A DNA stretch of 64,000 nucleotides, taken from contig OZ176053.1 in NCBI GenBank assembly GCA_964247055.1, positions 11,594,001 to 11,658,000 of the forward strand, given 5' to 3'. Both the position numbers and the translations under genes were made by a program. The stretch's first letter is position 1. The number at the start of each line of letters is the position of its first letter. A model generated the notes under the pieces. The model saw nothing but the letters and a program-made list of their open reading frames with translations. It searched no databases and was not told the origin of the DNA. Shown in pieces: positions 12,301 through 24,539 of the stretch. This DNA is from Paragordius varius. Lineage: Eukaryota; Animalia; Nematomorpha.

Positions 12301-13903
12301 AAACCGCGGTTCCAATTCTAAATTGTGAAACTTTTTTTAAAAAAATGATTTTTAGATTTATAAAAGGTTTAAAAATGGTTTGCAAAATTAATCCTTTTTA
12401 ATAAATATTTGGTATAGTTTTAAAAAAATATTAAATTTGAAAACGGAATTATTATTGACATTAGATGTTCAGATAACACCTGCAGTTTAAAATTATGACA
12501 ATTTTATTTAAAATTATTGTAACCCGATTTTACAATAAACAACGAATACAAAACATTCAATTGATTTACCATGTCTTTTGTAAACTAACATCATTTAACG
12601 TCTGAAAAAATGATTGTTTTATTTTGGATTAAATCAAAAAACGTGGGTGTTTTAAAAATGAGAACCCAATAGTATAAACTAGATAATCCTAATTATGTCG
12701 TAATTTTGTGACTAAAGTGTTATCATATTAAAACAAAAATTCTATTTTTACGGATTAAATATTTTTTAAAACATATATATTCAAACAATATCCAATACTA
12801 TTGATCGTACAATTGATGAAAACCCCTACACACACGTTTAATATTGATTACTAATATTGAAAAAAAGCACATTTATAGTCTCTTGTTATGAAGGTATAAA
12901 ACACTCGCCGCCCCAGAAATGGGAGTTATTATTAAAAAAATTGTCCAGTTAAGGGGAGTCCAAAACAATTTACCACCCATCAAAACTACTTACTTCTCTT
13001 TTTAACATTCCAGGTCCAGAATAATAAAAAAAAATTATGGTTATTGAAATAAAATTTATTACTATCTGATGAATTTATCAAAATTTTAAGAATACTCCTA
13101 TATGCCAGATATTCCAAATAACAAAATTATATTCCTAATTAAATCGGTTTTACATTCGAATATATGTATTTTAAAAAAATATTTAACCAGAATGATATCA
13201 ACTATATAACAAAAAACACATATGGTTACGTTTAACATAAGAACTAAGCCTTTCTCATCTTTCATTAGATTGGTCCATGGATATTCCAAAACATGGCTAA
13301 AAGCATTAAGTGATGCGCTATACATAATAAGGGATATATATTGTTTTATAGGATATATAAAAGTTTAAGATGGAACCTTGATAGAAATTTACCAAAAATT
13401 AGTGGTTTCTGCAAAGTCGCATTAAATCCCAAATGTTTCTGTGTATTTATAGATGCTGTAAAAGAAAATTGTTCACATTCCCCAGCAAAATTATTAATTT
13501 TTAAAAATGAAGACTAAAATAGATATTTATAGTACAAGTGATGAATCATAATTTCCAACTAGGGTGTTTAAGCCTGCCCCAATAACTCCGGGTTCTTTTA
13601 ATCGATATTCAATCATATATCCATCTAAAATAATTAATATAAAAAACCTTTATGCTTGGATAAAAATGATTGAACATCTGAAAAAGTTCCCAGTCGCCTC
13701 AAATTATCATCAACTTCGGATAACAATAATAAAAACTAAATATAATCAAAAACTACTTCAGTGTAATCCTTGGTCCCTATTAATTTACTTACAATTTTTG
13801 TCAAAAATTTGGAATTGGTTCGTTTGATACCACTAAAATCTATTCGATTTATAGTAATATCCTAAAAAAATATATAAAATCATACTTTTGAATCAAAAGG
13901 CAT
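8227..13903 (-). CDS. SAMM50: Sorting and assembly machinery component 50 (Omp85/BamA-family mitochondrial outer-membrane beta-barrel), 515 aa
   Basis: Exons (minus): 13903-13886, 13861-13757, 13735-13648, 13624-13536, 13513-13377, 13317-13230, 12006-11863, 10581-10378, 10161-9897, 9347-9150, 8745-8580, 8272-8227; total 1548 nt, all introns GT-AG, phases consistent. Motifs: POTRA DITINRIDFSGIKRT..RRLGTF, NTLVGN, YPWTNL..EKG, HNLTYDTRD..LP.YGTLLKVEQE, DKFYLGGPLSFRGF..GGLGP, LGVDSFWQLGLHLYAP, SAGVGLVLNFGNMARCEFNYC, and beta-signal LQMGIGLDF at the C-terminus (TGA). The start ATG (13903) and the exon 5 donor are the least certain points. Confidence 0.95.
9355..9388. repeat. (AT)17 microsatellite
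   Basis: Direct reading. It lies a few nt upstream of the SAMM50 exon 10 acceptor (..ATATTGCCTAG|GC on the minus strand). Confidence 0.95.
10610..11555 (-). mobile_element. Decayed mariner (Mos1-like) DNA transposon in SAMM50 intron 7
   Basis: TA|CCAGGCGTATC at 11557-11545 resembles the Mos1 TIR. Minus-strand pieces ELWDDDPT..KQSAYALH, ENCKGTRKILLQHHEKK, KPISTNAK.LQKIVLCV, NAPSHTTKSV and terminal GDVQYFK* follow mariner transposase order. Many stops and deletions. Confidence 0.8.
13514..13535 (-). other. 22-nt spliceosomal intron (SAMM50 intron 4)
   Basis: GTACTATAAATATCTATTTTAG; phase 0; in-frame TAA; removal gives GNYDSSL|SSFLKINN, gap-free against GNNEGSM|VLGLKLPN of vertebrate SAMM50. 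Confidence 0.9.
13625..13647 (-). other. 23-nt spliceosomal intron (SAMM50 intron 3)
   Basis: GTTTTTTATATTAATTATTTTAG; phase 1; retention shifts frame and gives a TAA. Confidence 0.9.
13736..13756 (-). other. 21-nt spliceosomal intron (SAMM50 intron 2)
   Basis: GTAGTTTTTGATTATATTTAG; phase 0; ends in an in-frame TAG; removal restores collinear spacing to RRLG. Confidence 0.9.
13862..13885 (-). other. 24-nt spliceosomal intron (SAMM50 intron 1)
   Basis: GTATGATTTTATATATTTTTTTAG; phase 0; contains an in-frame TGA; joins MPFDSK to DITINR. Depends on 13903 being the start. Confidence 0.75.
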
Positions 13904-14334
13904 GGCGTTAAACCCAGAAAGGTAAAACGTTATATGAAATTGATGTGCAATATTTTGCAGATGCACAATTGATTGAGCCTTATGTTATAAGCTTGTATCG
14001 GTTGTGAAACTATTATTCGCCGTCCTCATATCAAAATTTTCTTCTGACATCTAAGATCCGAATTGTGAGTGTGAAATAAACACATGCTAGAAGTTTCTTA
14101 AAGCTTTTTGAAGTTATTTATTCATTTATTAACATACGTTTACCTTATTGTATTAGCGCCTAAAAAATTCAGAAAAACGGGTACAAATAGGTTTTGAATT
14201 TGTTTTGCTTTTATATGTAGGTTATAGTATTTACTAATATTTTTCGGACTAATCCTTTAGCTTAAACTAAAAAAAATCTATTCAAATTTTGCCATTTTCT
14301 GACATGGAGGCGCTACCACAAAAGTGGAAATAAT

Positions 14335-14450
14335 GGGTGGAGTGATAGAAAATATTTTTGACTTAACTTGCGATTTTTTCAACTCATAGCTTGCTTTCAT
14401 GTGATAAAAAATAATATTAAGGCACTTAAGTCAAGGAAGAAAACTTGAAC
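14335..14450. mobile_element. Left-end fragment of a non-autonomous element with GTGATAAAAAA / ACTTAAGTCAAG subterminal motifs
   Basis: Its reverse complement matches 18920-19030. It shares ATGGGTGGRGTGATA with 18062-18076. Confidence 0.6.
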
Positions 14451-14495
14451 AAAAGGTAGTAAAAAATCATATGATTAAAATAAACTTGAAATAGG

Positions 14496-17441
14496 TAGGG
14501 TGACCAGACGACCCGTTTTTTCACACTTTGTCCCGGCTACGTTTTTGAAATGTCCCGCTTTTTCACGGTTATATAAAAAAAATTTAAAACATTTAATTTA
14601 ATAAAAAATTTATTTTTTTATTCGTTTAAATTTTTTATCATTAGTTATCTAAAAATCTATATCAATTTTGAATTATTTTTTATCTTTAAATCAAAAATAT
14701 TTATTTTTTTCGAATTTATATCATATGATTATACACTTTGCTTCCTACTCCTACTGAACATTATCAAAAAGAATTAATACCACAAATCGGTAACTTATAC
14801 TTTTACTCCAGGAAATTAATGTAATAAAATATTTTTTTATACTAATATTTTAGTTATATTACCTGCCAACATCATCAAATAGACAAATTAATACCACAAA
14901 TCGGTAGCTTATACGTTTACTCCAGAAAATTAAGATAATATAACATTTTTTTATACTAATATTAGGTTAAAAATATGAGTACTAAAAGAGGTTGTAAATT
15001 TAACGATGAATAACACTTCAATTCAAATTGGGATATCTAAATACCCCAGACTAAACTTAAATTAGGAATTTTAAAAAACTAGTGAAGGAAACGGTCCCAA
15101 TTCAAATCTATGCTTCTATCCTTATAAAAATTATATAAATACGCCAAAATATCTAAATAAAATTTTGTTTTGACCATGTCAAACTACTTCGACGCATTTT
15201 TATTTTACAAAATTTTTCGCAAAATTTCGTCTTCATTCAATTTTAAGGGTAATATTAAAGCTAATTTTTTATTAAAATACATCTAACATTGATAGAAATA
15301 GAAAAGGCAGATTTGATATTATTTTTCAATTTATCATTGCACACATGTCACGCTAATTTTTTGACTTTTGGTTTTAGCTTAAAATAAGTAATACCAGGTA
15401 TTTTTAAATAAAAATTTTTATATATTTCGGTTTATCAATGTTAAAAAAATGCAAAATTTTACCATGGTTTTGATTCCTTCCATATTTTCTATTGAATGTA
15501 ATTTTAGACAGGCCTGGAGTATTCTACCTTAATTTGATTTGAAGCACTAAAATGAATGTGTTGTATCTAAATGTTAATGAAATAATTCACTTGTTACATG
15601 TTCTTAATGCGAGGGGGAAATTACCCTAGTACATGGCGGCAAGCATGGTATTACAAAGCATCTGGAAACATAGAAACATAAAAATGTTTAGATATGGCTG
15701 CATCATCTTACAAAATAAGCGATTTTTATAGAAAAACCGCTTTTGGAGAGGAAGAAAAGAATTTGACACTAGCCGAAGGCGTATTATCTTTTCATGCCGT
15801 TAATCACAATCATTCCTTTATATCTATGGATTGTACCTCACAAGTTATTAATACCTTATTCAATAAAAAATTTACATGTGCCCGTACAAATGAAGCCATT
15901 GTATGTGTCCTTTCGCCACATGCATTTTCTAAAATACAAAAAGATTTGCTGAAAATTATTTCATATCGCCATACTCTGATGCATCAAATCACAAGGAACC
16001 AAAATTATTCCCACTTTAATAAGACATTTTGATTCAGAAACCGGAGTAAAAATTAAATATTTAGATTTTATTTCTCTACCCGGTCAAAATTCTGACTTAA
16101 TTTTTACTTCAATAATGTTCTAGAAAAAATTATTAAAAGACAAAATCATCGCATATTGCGCTGACAACACCAATACGAACTTCGGCGGAAAGGTAAGGAG
16201 AGAAACAAAAAATATTTTTCATATAGATAATCTTAATCAAAACATTATTGGCGTTAGGTGTGCAGCGCATATAATACACAACGCTATTCAAACAGCTTCT
16301 GATTTGTTACCCCTAGATGTGGAAAATGTAGTTGTTAAAATATACTATTTCAATATATACACGGTACGCGTTGAAACGCTTAAGGAATTTTGTGATGCAA
16401 AAGTTCAATATCAAAAAATGCTTGGATACTGTAAAACTCATTGGATCACTCTTCTGATAGCTATCGAAAGAATTTTAAAAATGTATGATCCTTTAAAATT
16501 TTATTTTTTTATCACAGGACAAATGTCCTACAACTTTGGAAAAGTTTGTTAAAAGTGATTCTTCAAAAATATGGTTAGAGTTCCTACTTAATCAAGCTTC
16601 TCTCTTTGAAAATGTTATTAAATTGATAGAGACAAAACTTCGGCAATCGAAGTAGCCAATGAAGTTAGTAACCAAAAAATCCAATGTCAAAAAAAATTAG
16701 AAAATAATTACCATTAACCATCCGCAATATTATAAATAAATTAGAAAAACAAGGCCTAATAAATCGATAAGATATACTGCACCATATAAAATATACAAAC
16801 TGTAAGATTTTTTGGAAGACTGGACGGTGCAATCAAGGAATCGATCATTTTCATCGGATAATTAAAACCAGAATTTAATTGGTGCGATATAAAAATCTTT
16901 TGATTACATCTGGATCTCCCAAATATTCCCAAATAATCTCTGGAGTATCATTAGTTAAAAAGTATATAATAATGAAAAGTTTAAATATAAACAACAGAAA
17001 TATGCAGTAGAAAAGAAATGGTTAGAATTCATCATTTTGAACCAAACTATGTTCCATACAATAATATTTTAAAAATGAGGAATTTGCACTATCTTTACCT
17101 GGAACCAACGTTGCTCTTGTTTTTCCCACAGTAAATCAGGTGTGGACATCGGAAAAATCAAATTTAAATGTTGCTTTAAAGGCCATTTTATCTGTCAAAT
17201 ATAATTTGACAGATTCTTGTGATAACTTCTACAATATTTTAAAAAATGATGACACTCTGCTAAAACATTCACTCAAATAAATTTACCAGGGAATAAAATA
17301 TTTTTTTATATTTATAATGAATTTGTGTTAAAAACTAATAAATAAATAAATATTTTGTATAAAAATTTTTGGTTCCCCCTTTCATGCCTCCCCTTTCTCA
17401 GATTTGTCCCGCTTTTTTCCTCAAAAAATCCGATCACCCTA
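14496..17441 (+). mobile_element. hAT DNA transposon, copy 1 (defective)
   Basis: TIRs TAGGGTGACCAGA (14496) and ..GATCACCCTA (17441). 8-bp flanks GAAATAGG / GGTATAGG (6/8 match). Subterminal GTCCCG motifs. Transposase pseudo-ORF from ATG 14975 to ~17280, including track ORFs 15694-16032 and 16304-16552. Confidence 0.9.
15014..15573. mobile_element. piggyBac-type MITE copy 1, inserted into the hAT transposase ORF
   Basis: CACTTCAATTCAAATTGGG start; right flank TTAA (15574-15577). The empty TTAA site is present in hAT copy 2 (52208-52211). Confidence 0.85.
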
Positions 17442-18066
17442 GGTATAGGACACACTTGACATATACAACTTGGAAAAATTTATTTTGGTAACTTTTTATT
17501 ATAATTAGGGTTTAATATGTAATTGGAACCTTTGATCTGTTTATTTGATAATTTTGGCTAATTTTACATATTCAACTGGTTGGATACAGAAGAGAATAAA
17601 ATGTATGGAAAAACTGTACAAAATGTTTTTAAATAGAAATTAAAGTATCCTATTATAATTTCCATGAACTCTTAAAATAAACATATGCAAAATTACAAGT
17701 TTGTTTTTAATTTATTTAATAGAAATTAATCCCACTCCGGGTAAAGTTTTTTTGTTTCATCAAAGTGCATCAAGAGGATGCAGACCCACGTCGCTATTTA
17801 CAGAAAACGTCTCATGCTACCTTTCACACCAGAATGCATCAATTACATCCCTTTGTTGTTTGGATATGGGTTGACTTATAGGCATTATTTTTTTAATATA
17901 CTTGTATCTAAATTTTAATAAGGGAAGGATAATTTTTGAAAATCTATAAAAAATATATATATTTTCAAAAAATTAACCATAATTTATAGATCAGGATTAG
18001 TAAAGACGAATTTAGGGTGCGTCCTATTGAATTAGGTGTGTTTTTTAACGTGCAACAATTTATGGG

Positions 18067-19032
18067 TGGGGTGATAAAAAAAGTCCCACTTGTAAATCAA
18101 GCGTACCAAGGTGAGCAAGTTTACTTAAGCCAGTAAGCGTACACTTGAATATCGGTGATAAAAAAACACTTAAGTCAAGTCTTTTGCCATTGAATGTAAC
18201 ATTTTTATGCCACCTAATTTGAACTTTACAGCAATTATTTTGATCATTTTCAGCCAAAATTTATGATATAAGGCACAAAAAAGATAAACAATTAATACAA
18301 TATGGCATTTATTAAAGTTTCTCAAACTCACTGGTACCTATCTAATTTAATATTATCGAATATTAAGCCCGGTAATAATTTTTAAGTTATCGTCGTTAAA
18401 ATTATCTCTATTATTTTACCTTACTACTCATTTTGTTAGTCCATTAATGGGAAGATGTTAATACAATATATTATTATTGATTATCCATTACATTAGAAAT
18501 AAATTTATGATGAAATAAATTCTTTATTAGTTAATAAATAGTGAAGTAATTTTTAGATTTTATTAAACAAAGAAATTTTACAATATTAATGTTTAATTTT
18601 AAGTAATTTAGAATCAAATTTTTTTGCGGGTTCACGGAATGAATGTATTTAGCACATTTTATACATTGTTCTTATATATTTGCAAAGTTATTCTAGAAAA
18701 TTTATCCTCTTTTGTATCCACGCACTTTGAATAGGTTTATTAGCCAAAATTTATTAGATATAAAATTTATATCATTAACTAAGGTTTTAATTACACATAA
18801 AGCCTAATTAACATCCATAAATAGCTTCCAAAATAATGATATCCATATTTTAAAATCTGACAAGTATGCCCCACACCACACTTGAAAAATCTATAAGTTT
18901 ATTTTATCACATCTGAATCAAGTTTTCTTACTTGACTTAAGTCGTCTAATGTTAAATTTTTTTTATCACATGAAAGCAAGCCATGACTTGAAAAACTTGC
19001 AAGTGAAGCAAAGAAAATTTTTGATCACCCCA
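18067..19032. mobile_element. ~965-bp non-autonomous element with TGGGGTGAT...ATCACCCCA termini
   Basis: 9-bp terminal inverted match plus repeated subterminal GTGATAAAAAA and ACTTAAGTCAAG motifs in inverted orientation. No clear TSD. Confidence 0.55.
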
Positions 19033-19129
19033 ATTATAGAGTACCACAAAGTAAATAAAATTCATAAATTAGGCATAAAACCAAAAGCACCATGATTTTC
19101 TTAAATTTTTCTTTCGTATATATATACAT

Positions 19130-19960
19130 CAGGTTATTTTTTATACACTCTAGGTCGCATTGTTATAAAAAAACATCTTTTTGAAAAATGTAAAATTATA
19201 AAATGACCTCATCTCAAACTTTTTTGCCGCCATATTTTATATATTTTTTACAAATTGCTATTTAAAAATGTAAACAATTAATTTTAAAAAGCTTTGATCT
19301 AGATTTTACCAGCAAAATCTTGATGTATTTATTCAGCTGTTCATTTCAATTGCGTTTTGGCGAACTGAAAAAAGGCATTTTATTTAATACATGAGAGCAA
19401 TGTTTGATAATTTAATTTTATATAAAATAACTTTCGAAACCATTTATTTACAATGAGCTCTGGAATATAAAACAACCCCATGTAAGACAGGACAAAAAAG
19501 TAAAAAGGTAATAAAGTGTTTGCCTTCCGTTACCTTTTGCGGTAGCGAGATATAAATAAAGTTATTAAGCCTAATTCAAAAATATTTCCTTTAGTTTTTT
19601 AGGCGCATCATACAAGTATTTTTTTGAAAAAATAAAATTGCATTACTCATCTTAAACTTTTGCCGTCACCTTTTCTTCTTCCAACAGGAAAATAGTATAA
19701 TATAGTTAATAACTTAAAACTTCCAGACTACATTTTACTAGCAAAAAGATTAATTTTGATTTTTATGTGGAGGTGTTCATTTCAATCGTGTTATGGACTG
19801 TCTCCATTTATGACTTAAAAATCACAAAAGTGTTATCTCTTTTATTTAATGCATATGAGCAATGTTTGATAATTAAATTTTAACTATTTAACCGTTGTTT
19901 ATTTACAAAATTGAGCTCTGATAAAACTACCCAAAAGGTAAACTAGGACAAAAAATTAAA
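19130..19960 (+). repeat. Two tandem ~460-bp degenerate units of a dispersed repeat
   Basis: CTCATCTYAAACTTT..GCCG at ~19207 and ~19647; TGTTCATTTCAAT at ~19338 and ~19774; GAGCAATGTTTGATAATT at ~19395 and ~19857. Confidence 0.7.
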
Positions 19961-20153
19961 AATTAATTAAAGGTTAATGAAGAATCGCCTTATTTTTAGA
20001 ACATAAGACAATTTTAAGTACATTTTTATTACAGTATGATCAATGTTTGTCTATTGTTAGATTGATAATACCCTAGCGGATATAAAACTATTTTGCTAAA
20101 AATATAAAATTTTGAAAGACAAGAAAAAATGGTATAACAATTTGTTGTTTTAA

Positions 20154-20698
20154 CACTTGGATAAAACACATCTCCTTCGATTCAAATTGGGGTAATTGGA
20201 TACCCCAGGCCTGTTTAAAATTAAATAATAAAAAAATATGGAACGGATTGAAACCATGGCAAAAATTTGCACTTTCATAACATTGATGAATTAAAAGATA
20301 TAAAAAATTTCAATCAAAACTACTTGATATTAATTTTTAGGTAAAACCTCAAGGTAGAAATTTAGTCCACATGACATGTGGGCACAAGCTAAATTTAAAA
20401 AGAAAACAAAATAAACCACTTTTTCTGTTTCTATCAATGTTAGATGTAATATAAATAAAAATTTAGCTTTCATTTTAGCTTTTAAATCAATTAAACACAA
20501 TATTTTGCAAAAATTAGGTGCCGAAGTAGTTTGATGTGAAACTTTTTTTAAAAAACCAAATTTATTTTGGCTTATTTATATAATTTTTATAGGATAGAAG
20601 CATAAATTTAAATTGGGACCGTTTCTTTCAGTAGTCTTTTTGAAATTTGATTTAAATATAGTCTGGGGTATTTATATACCCCAATTTGAATCGAAGTG
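20154..20698. mobile_element. piggyBac-type MITE copy 2
   Basis: TTAA|CACTTGGATA ... GAAGTG|TTAA with perfect TTAA on both sides. Confidence 0.9.
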
Positions 20699-21399
20699 TT
20701 AACCCTGCGCTATTGTATTAAAAATAAACCAGAATCGACAAATATTAGTGTACATACTATAGTGGCGTATTTTTTATGGCGAAATATTTCTAATCCATAT
20801 GTAACATGTGGGACTCAATATCAAGTGTGTTCTTTAAATTTGAATGATCAAAGACATATTCATAAATTTTCTAATTGGTTTTACATTTTATTATTTAAGG
20901 ATAAAGGATGGAACGTTAAACAATCCTTATCTATTACATTAGATAAGGTGTGGGAATATTTTCTTGCGGAAAAATATAATAGTGTCGTTTCATGTTTTGA
21001 AGAACATTACTTTTTACCGATTACGCCAAATTGCAATGATTGGCTCTACGCATCGAAACACATAATTAAAATTATAAATCCAAGTAATGATTTTATAATT
21101 TAAGAAATTTTATATTTGTCTATCTGTGATCTATCATCTGGTTCTGTCTTGGTTTATGCAGTTGATAGTGGTATTGATTCCTTATTGACCAATGAAAATA
21201 TTTTAAAGAGTAAAAGACTGAACAATAAATAATTTGAATTCTACTTACTTTTATGCTATTTCACAAATTTTAAATGTTATTACATAAATTTTAATTATTT
21301 TGCTGATAATAGAACATCTTCATAAAGATATACTATTTATTGATCCATTAGAATTTTTGTATATTTGCTGATTTTGGAAATAAAGATTATATACCCAAT

Positions 21400-22000
21400 T
21401 ATTATAATAGCAAAGATCGTTATTTATTGCTTTTTCGATATATTTTTTCCAGTTTATTCGATTGTAAGCGAGTGCTATTAGCTGTTTTAAAGAAAGATAG
21501 GTTTCTTTGGTTAGGTTTTCGATCCAGCGCATCTTGCAGCGTCCATGTTTACTGGATCCTTCGACCTTGCCTGTCATTTGTTGGAATTCCAATTCATTAG
21601 CTCTGGCAATGTGACCAAAGTATGATAATTTCATTTTGAAGCACATGCCGATCAGGTGTATCTCTGGATTTGTCAAGGATTACGGTGTTCTTTATTTTGT
21701 CTTTCCAGGTGATTTGTTGTATCTTCCGCCAGCACCACATTTCGAAGGCATTAATGTTTCTTTTGTCATCATCTTTATTGTCCAACTTTCTGACGCGTAT
21801 AGCATACTAGGGAATATTAAGCATTTATTATATTGTTTGAGCAATGCATTCATTTAATCTACAAAGGCATATAATTTTTTAACGCACTGATTTTGATATC
21901 GTTTTAACTGATTTAAGTATCTATGGAACACCATACTTTTTATATATTGTTTTCGCATAGTATTTAATCAAATTTATGACACATCATTCTGGATTTTCTA
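21400..22000 (-). mobile_element. 5'-truncated RTE-clade LINE fragment
   Basis: LIFPSMLYASESWT..KRNINAFEMWCWRKIQQITW and KLSYFGHIAR..GKVEG..GR..MRWIENL (track ORFs 21597-21785 and 21320-21676). Confidence 0.85.
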
Positions 22001-23920
22001 GATACTGCTAATGTATTTCATGTTTATTTACCGACACATATATTATGCTATAAATTGTATTAAGTGCAGCGTACAAATATTGAATTTTCTATTTTTCAGG
22101 TTAATGTTTGAGACTGACCTTTAAAACTCGTATTAGTTTGAATTTTTTTTATAGTGGCCATATTTATAATGAATTACTTTTGCTATATTCTAACTTGATT
22201 ATTCGCAGTTCCTTCATTCGCACTTTAAAATATGTTTTAAAAACACTTATATATATAACATGTCCTTGTTTATGATTCCAGAAATCAGTGTATCTCTGAC
22301 AAATTCATGGGACCATTAATGTTTATTTATGCAAGGAAATATGATAATTAATTATCCACCCTTATTTATACGTAATTTACCATTACCAAGATTTTATTAT
22401 TATTATGCCTTAAATTAATTAAATGTTTACTCATTTTTTGACTCGTCAGAATTTTAATGATGCTTGCTTAATTTTTTGGTTTAAAATTTAGACAAAAGGT
22501 AACTGATGCATTTATATATATATATATATCCGAATTATTTTTTTGCAAATTTAAGCATTGTCTCGATTGGATTTTTCCTATACCAGATATTTTTCTTTCA
22601 TCCCGATATAAGTTATCTTTAAGAGTAGAAATAAAAATATTAATTAAATTAGCATTTTATGGATTTAAAAGGTTGTAAGAAACATACTTTTCAAATTAAA
22701 TATTTTAAAATTCTTAAAAATATGCATTATTAAGAATATACAGAGCGACCTGTGCCGTTTAAATGTCCTTATTTCATTTATTAGCCAAATAGTTTTCGCT
22801 ATATAAGGGTTTCTATCAAACCAGTACTTGATATGAGCTCTGACAAACCGATTCGTATATAGTGTGAATATTCGGAACCCAATAAGTTTATTTTAATTTT
22901 AAGTTATTACAGATATCACATCCGCCCTCAAAAGATGTTTTTAAGCTCCATTCTAGAGTAAAAAAATGTGCCTATTCCTATCGGTATAATTCAGTTTTGA
23001 TATAAGGAAAAAAATCCGGGGTGTAAAAAATATCCTTATATATATATATATATAATTGTGATAAATGTATCAGAATTTTCTGGTGATTATGCGTGATGGT
23101 ACGAGGATAAAAAGTTATTAGCACTTTTGTTGTCCATATCGAAAATAGAAAAATTCGGTCATATTATGCTAAATAATATTGGGTCGTAGCAAAATACTCT
23201 TTCAAAAAAATCATCAAATAATATCTATATAATTACAAAGTATTAATTTTAGAAGATGGCTCTGATTGTTCGGACCCCTCTGAAATGGGTTAGGTTCCTT
23301 TAGATAAACCCAAATATTCAGATTGCGCGATATAAATTATCAATATATGGCTAAATTAAAAAAATATTTTTGATAGCCTTATCAAAAATTTTAATTTACC
23401 TTAATATATTATAAAATCACTCCTTCTCAATTAAATGATGCTAAAATATTTCTTAGAATTTTTAATAAACCATTTGTCAAATTTTATTTAATTTTATATA
23501 ATAAAAAATATTCGAATTCGAAGATGAACAAATATTTAAAGAGATAGAAATGTTCAGTGATCAAAATTTATGTTTTGCTTTTTACTATTTTCATTATAAT
23601 AATATAAAAAACGCCTCAACAAAATTTAGTTATAAATTAAATATTCATTTTTCCATATAAAATTTTCATAATCTAATTTCTCAGCATTTTTGCGTTTATT
23701 TTAAGTAAACTAGTCTATTTAGAATGAGATTTGTGGAGCGCACATAAATAAATTGTTTAAAAATTATGTTTGCATTTTAAATATAGTTTATGATATTTTA
23801 ATATTTTTTAAATGAATCATACATCTTTAACTAAATACTTAGACAGCTAATTTTAATATATTTGATAGAGTATTCCGATTGTATGATAAATTTATTTTTG
23901 CCATATCTCTATTGTTTTAA

Positions 23921-24494
23921 CACTTGGATACAACACATTCATTTTAGTCCTTCGATTTAAATTGGTATATAGTTAAATACCCCAGGCCTGTTTAAAATTA
24001 AATTCATTAAAAAATATGGAAGGAATCGAAACCATGGCAAAATTTTGCACTTCTATAACATTAATAAACTGATTTATATATAAAAAATTTTATTCAAAAA
24101 TACTTGATATTACTTATTTTAAGCTAAAACCGAAAGGTAATTTTGTCAAAGTAACATGTGTGCAATGGTAAAATTGAAAAATATTACAAAATAAACCGAT
24201 TTTTCTATTTCTTTCAATGTTATATGTAATTTAAATAAAAAATTAGCTTTAATAATACACTTAAAATTAAATGAAGACGATATTTTGCAAAAGTTTTTTA
24301 AATAAAAATGGCGTCGAAGTAGTTTAACATGGAAATTTTTTTTAAACAAAATTTTATTTTGATATTTTGGCATATTTATATAATTTTATTAGGATAGAAG
24401 CAATTTAAATTGAGACCATTTCCTTCAGGTATTTTAAAAATTCTAATTCAAATTTAGTCTGGAGTATTTTGATACCCCAATTTGAATAAAAGTG
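23921..24494. mobile_element. piggyBac-type MITE copy 3
   Basis: TTAA|CACTTGGATA ... AAAGTG|TTAA. Confidence 0.9.
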
Positions 24495-24539
24495 TTAATC
24501 TAACATTATTTAATTGTTTTGGATGGTAGGTTTTTTTTA

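Noticed and set aside
13377-13393. A 16-nt intron (GTAAATTTCTATCAAG) after the strong-looking donor at 13392
   Set aside because: It leads to an in-frame TAG at ~13320. The phase-2 donor at 13376 with a 59-nt intron fits frame and alignment.
9242-13827. Plus-strand ORFs 9242-9439, 9294-9485, 10994-11203 and 13564-13827, and minus ORF 10755-11033, as a nested gene
   Set aside because: Explained by antisense of SAMM50 exons, the (AT)n run, or the decayed mariner.
13902-13976. Plus-strand ATG overlapping the SAMM50 ATG (CATG), followed by a GT-AG intron
   Set aside because: The spliced product is only 11 codons (MALNPERCTID*), with no support.
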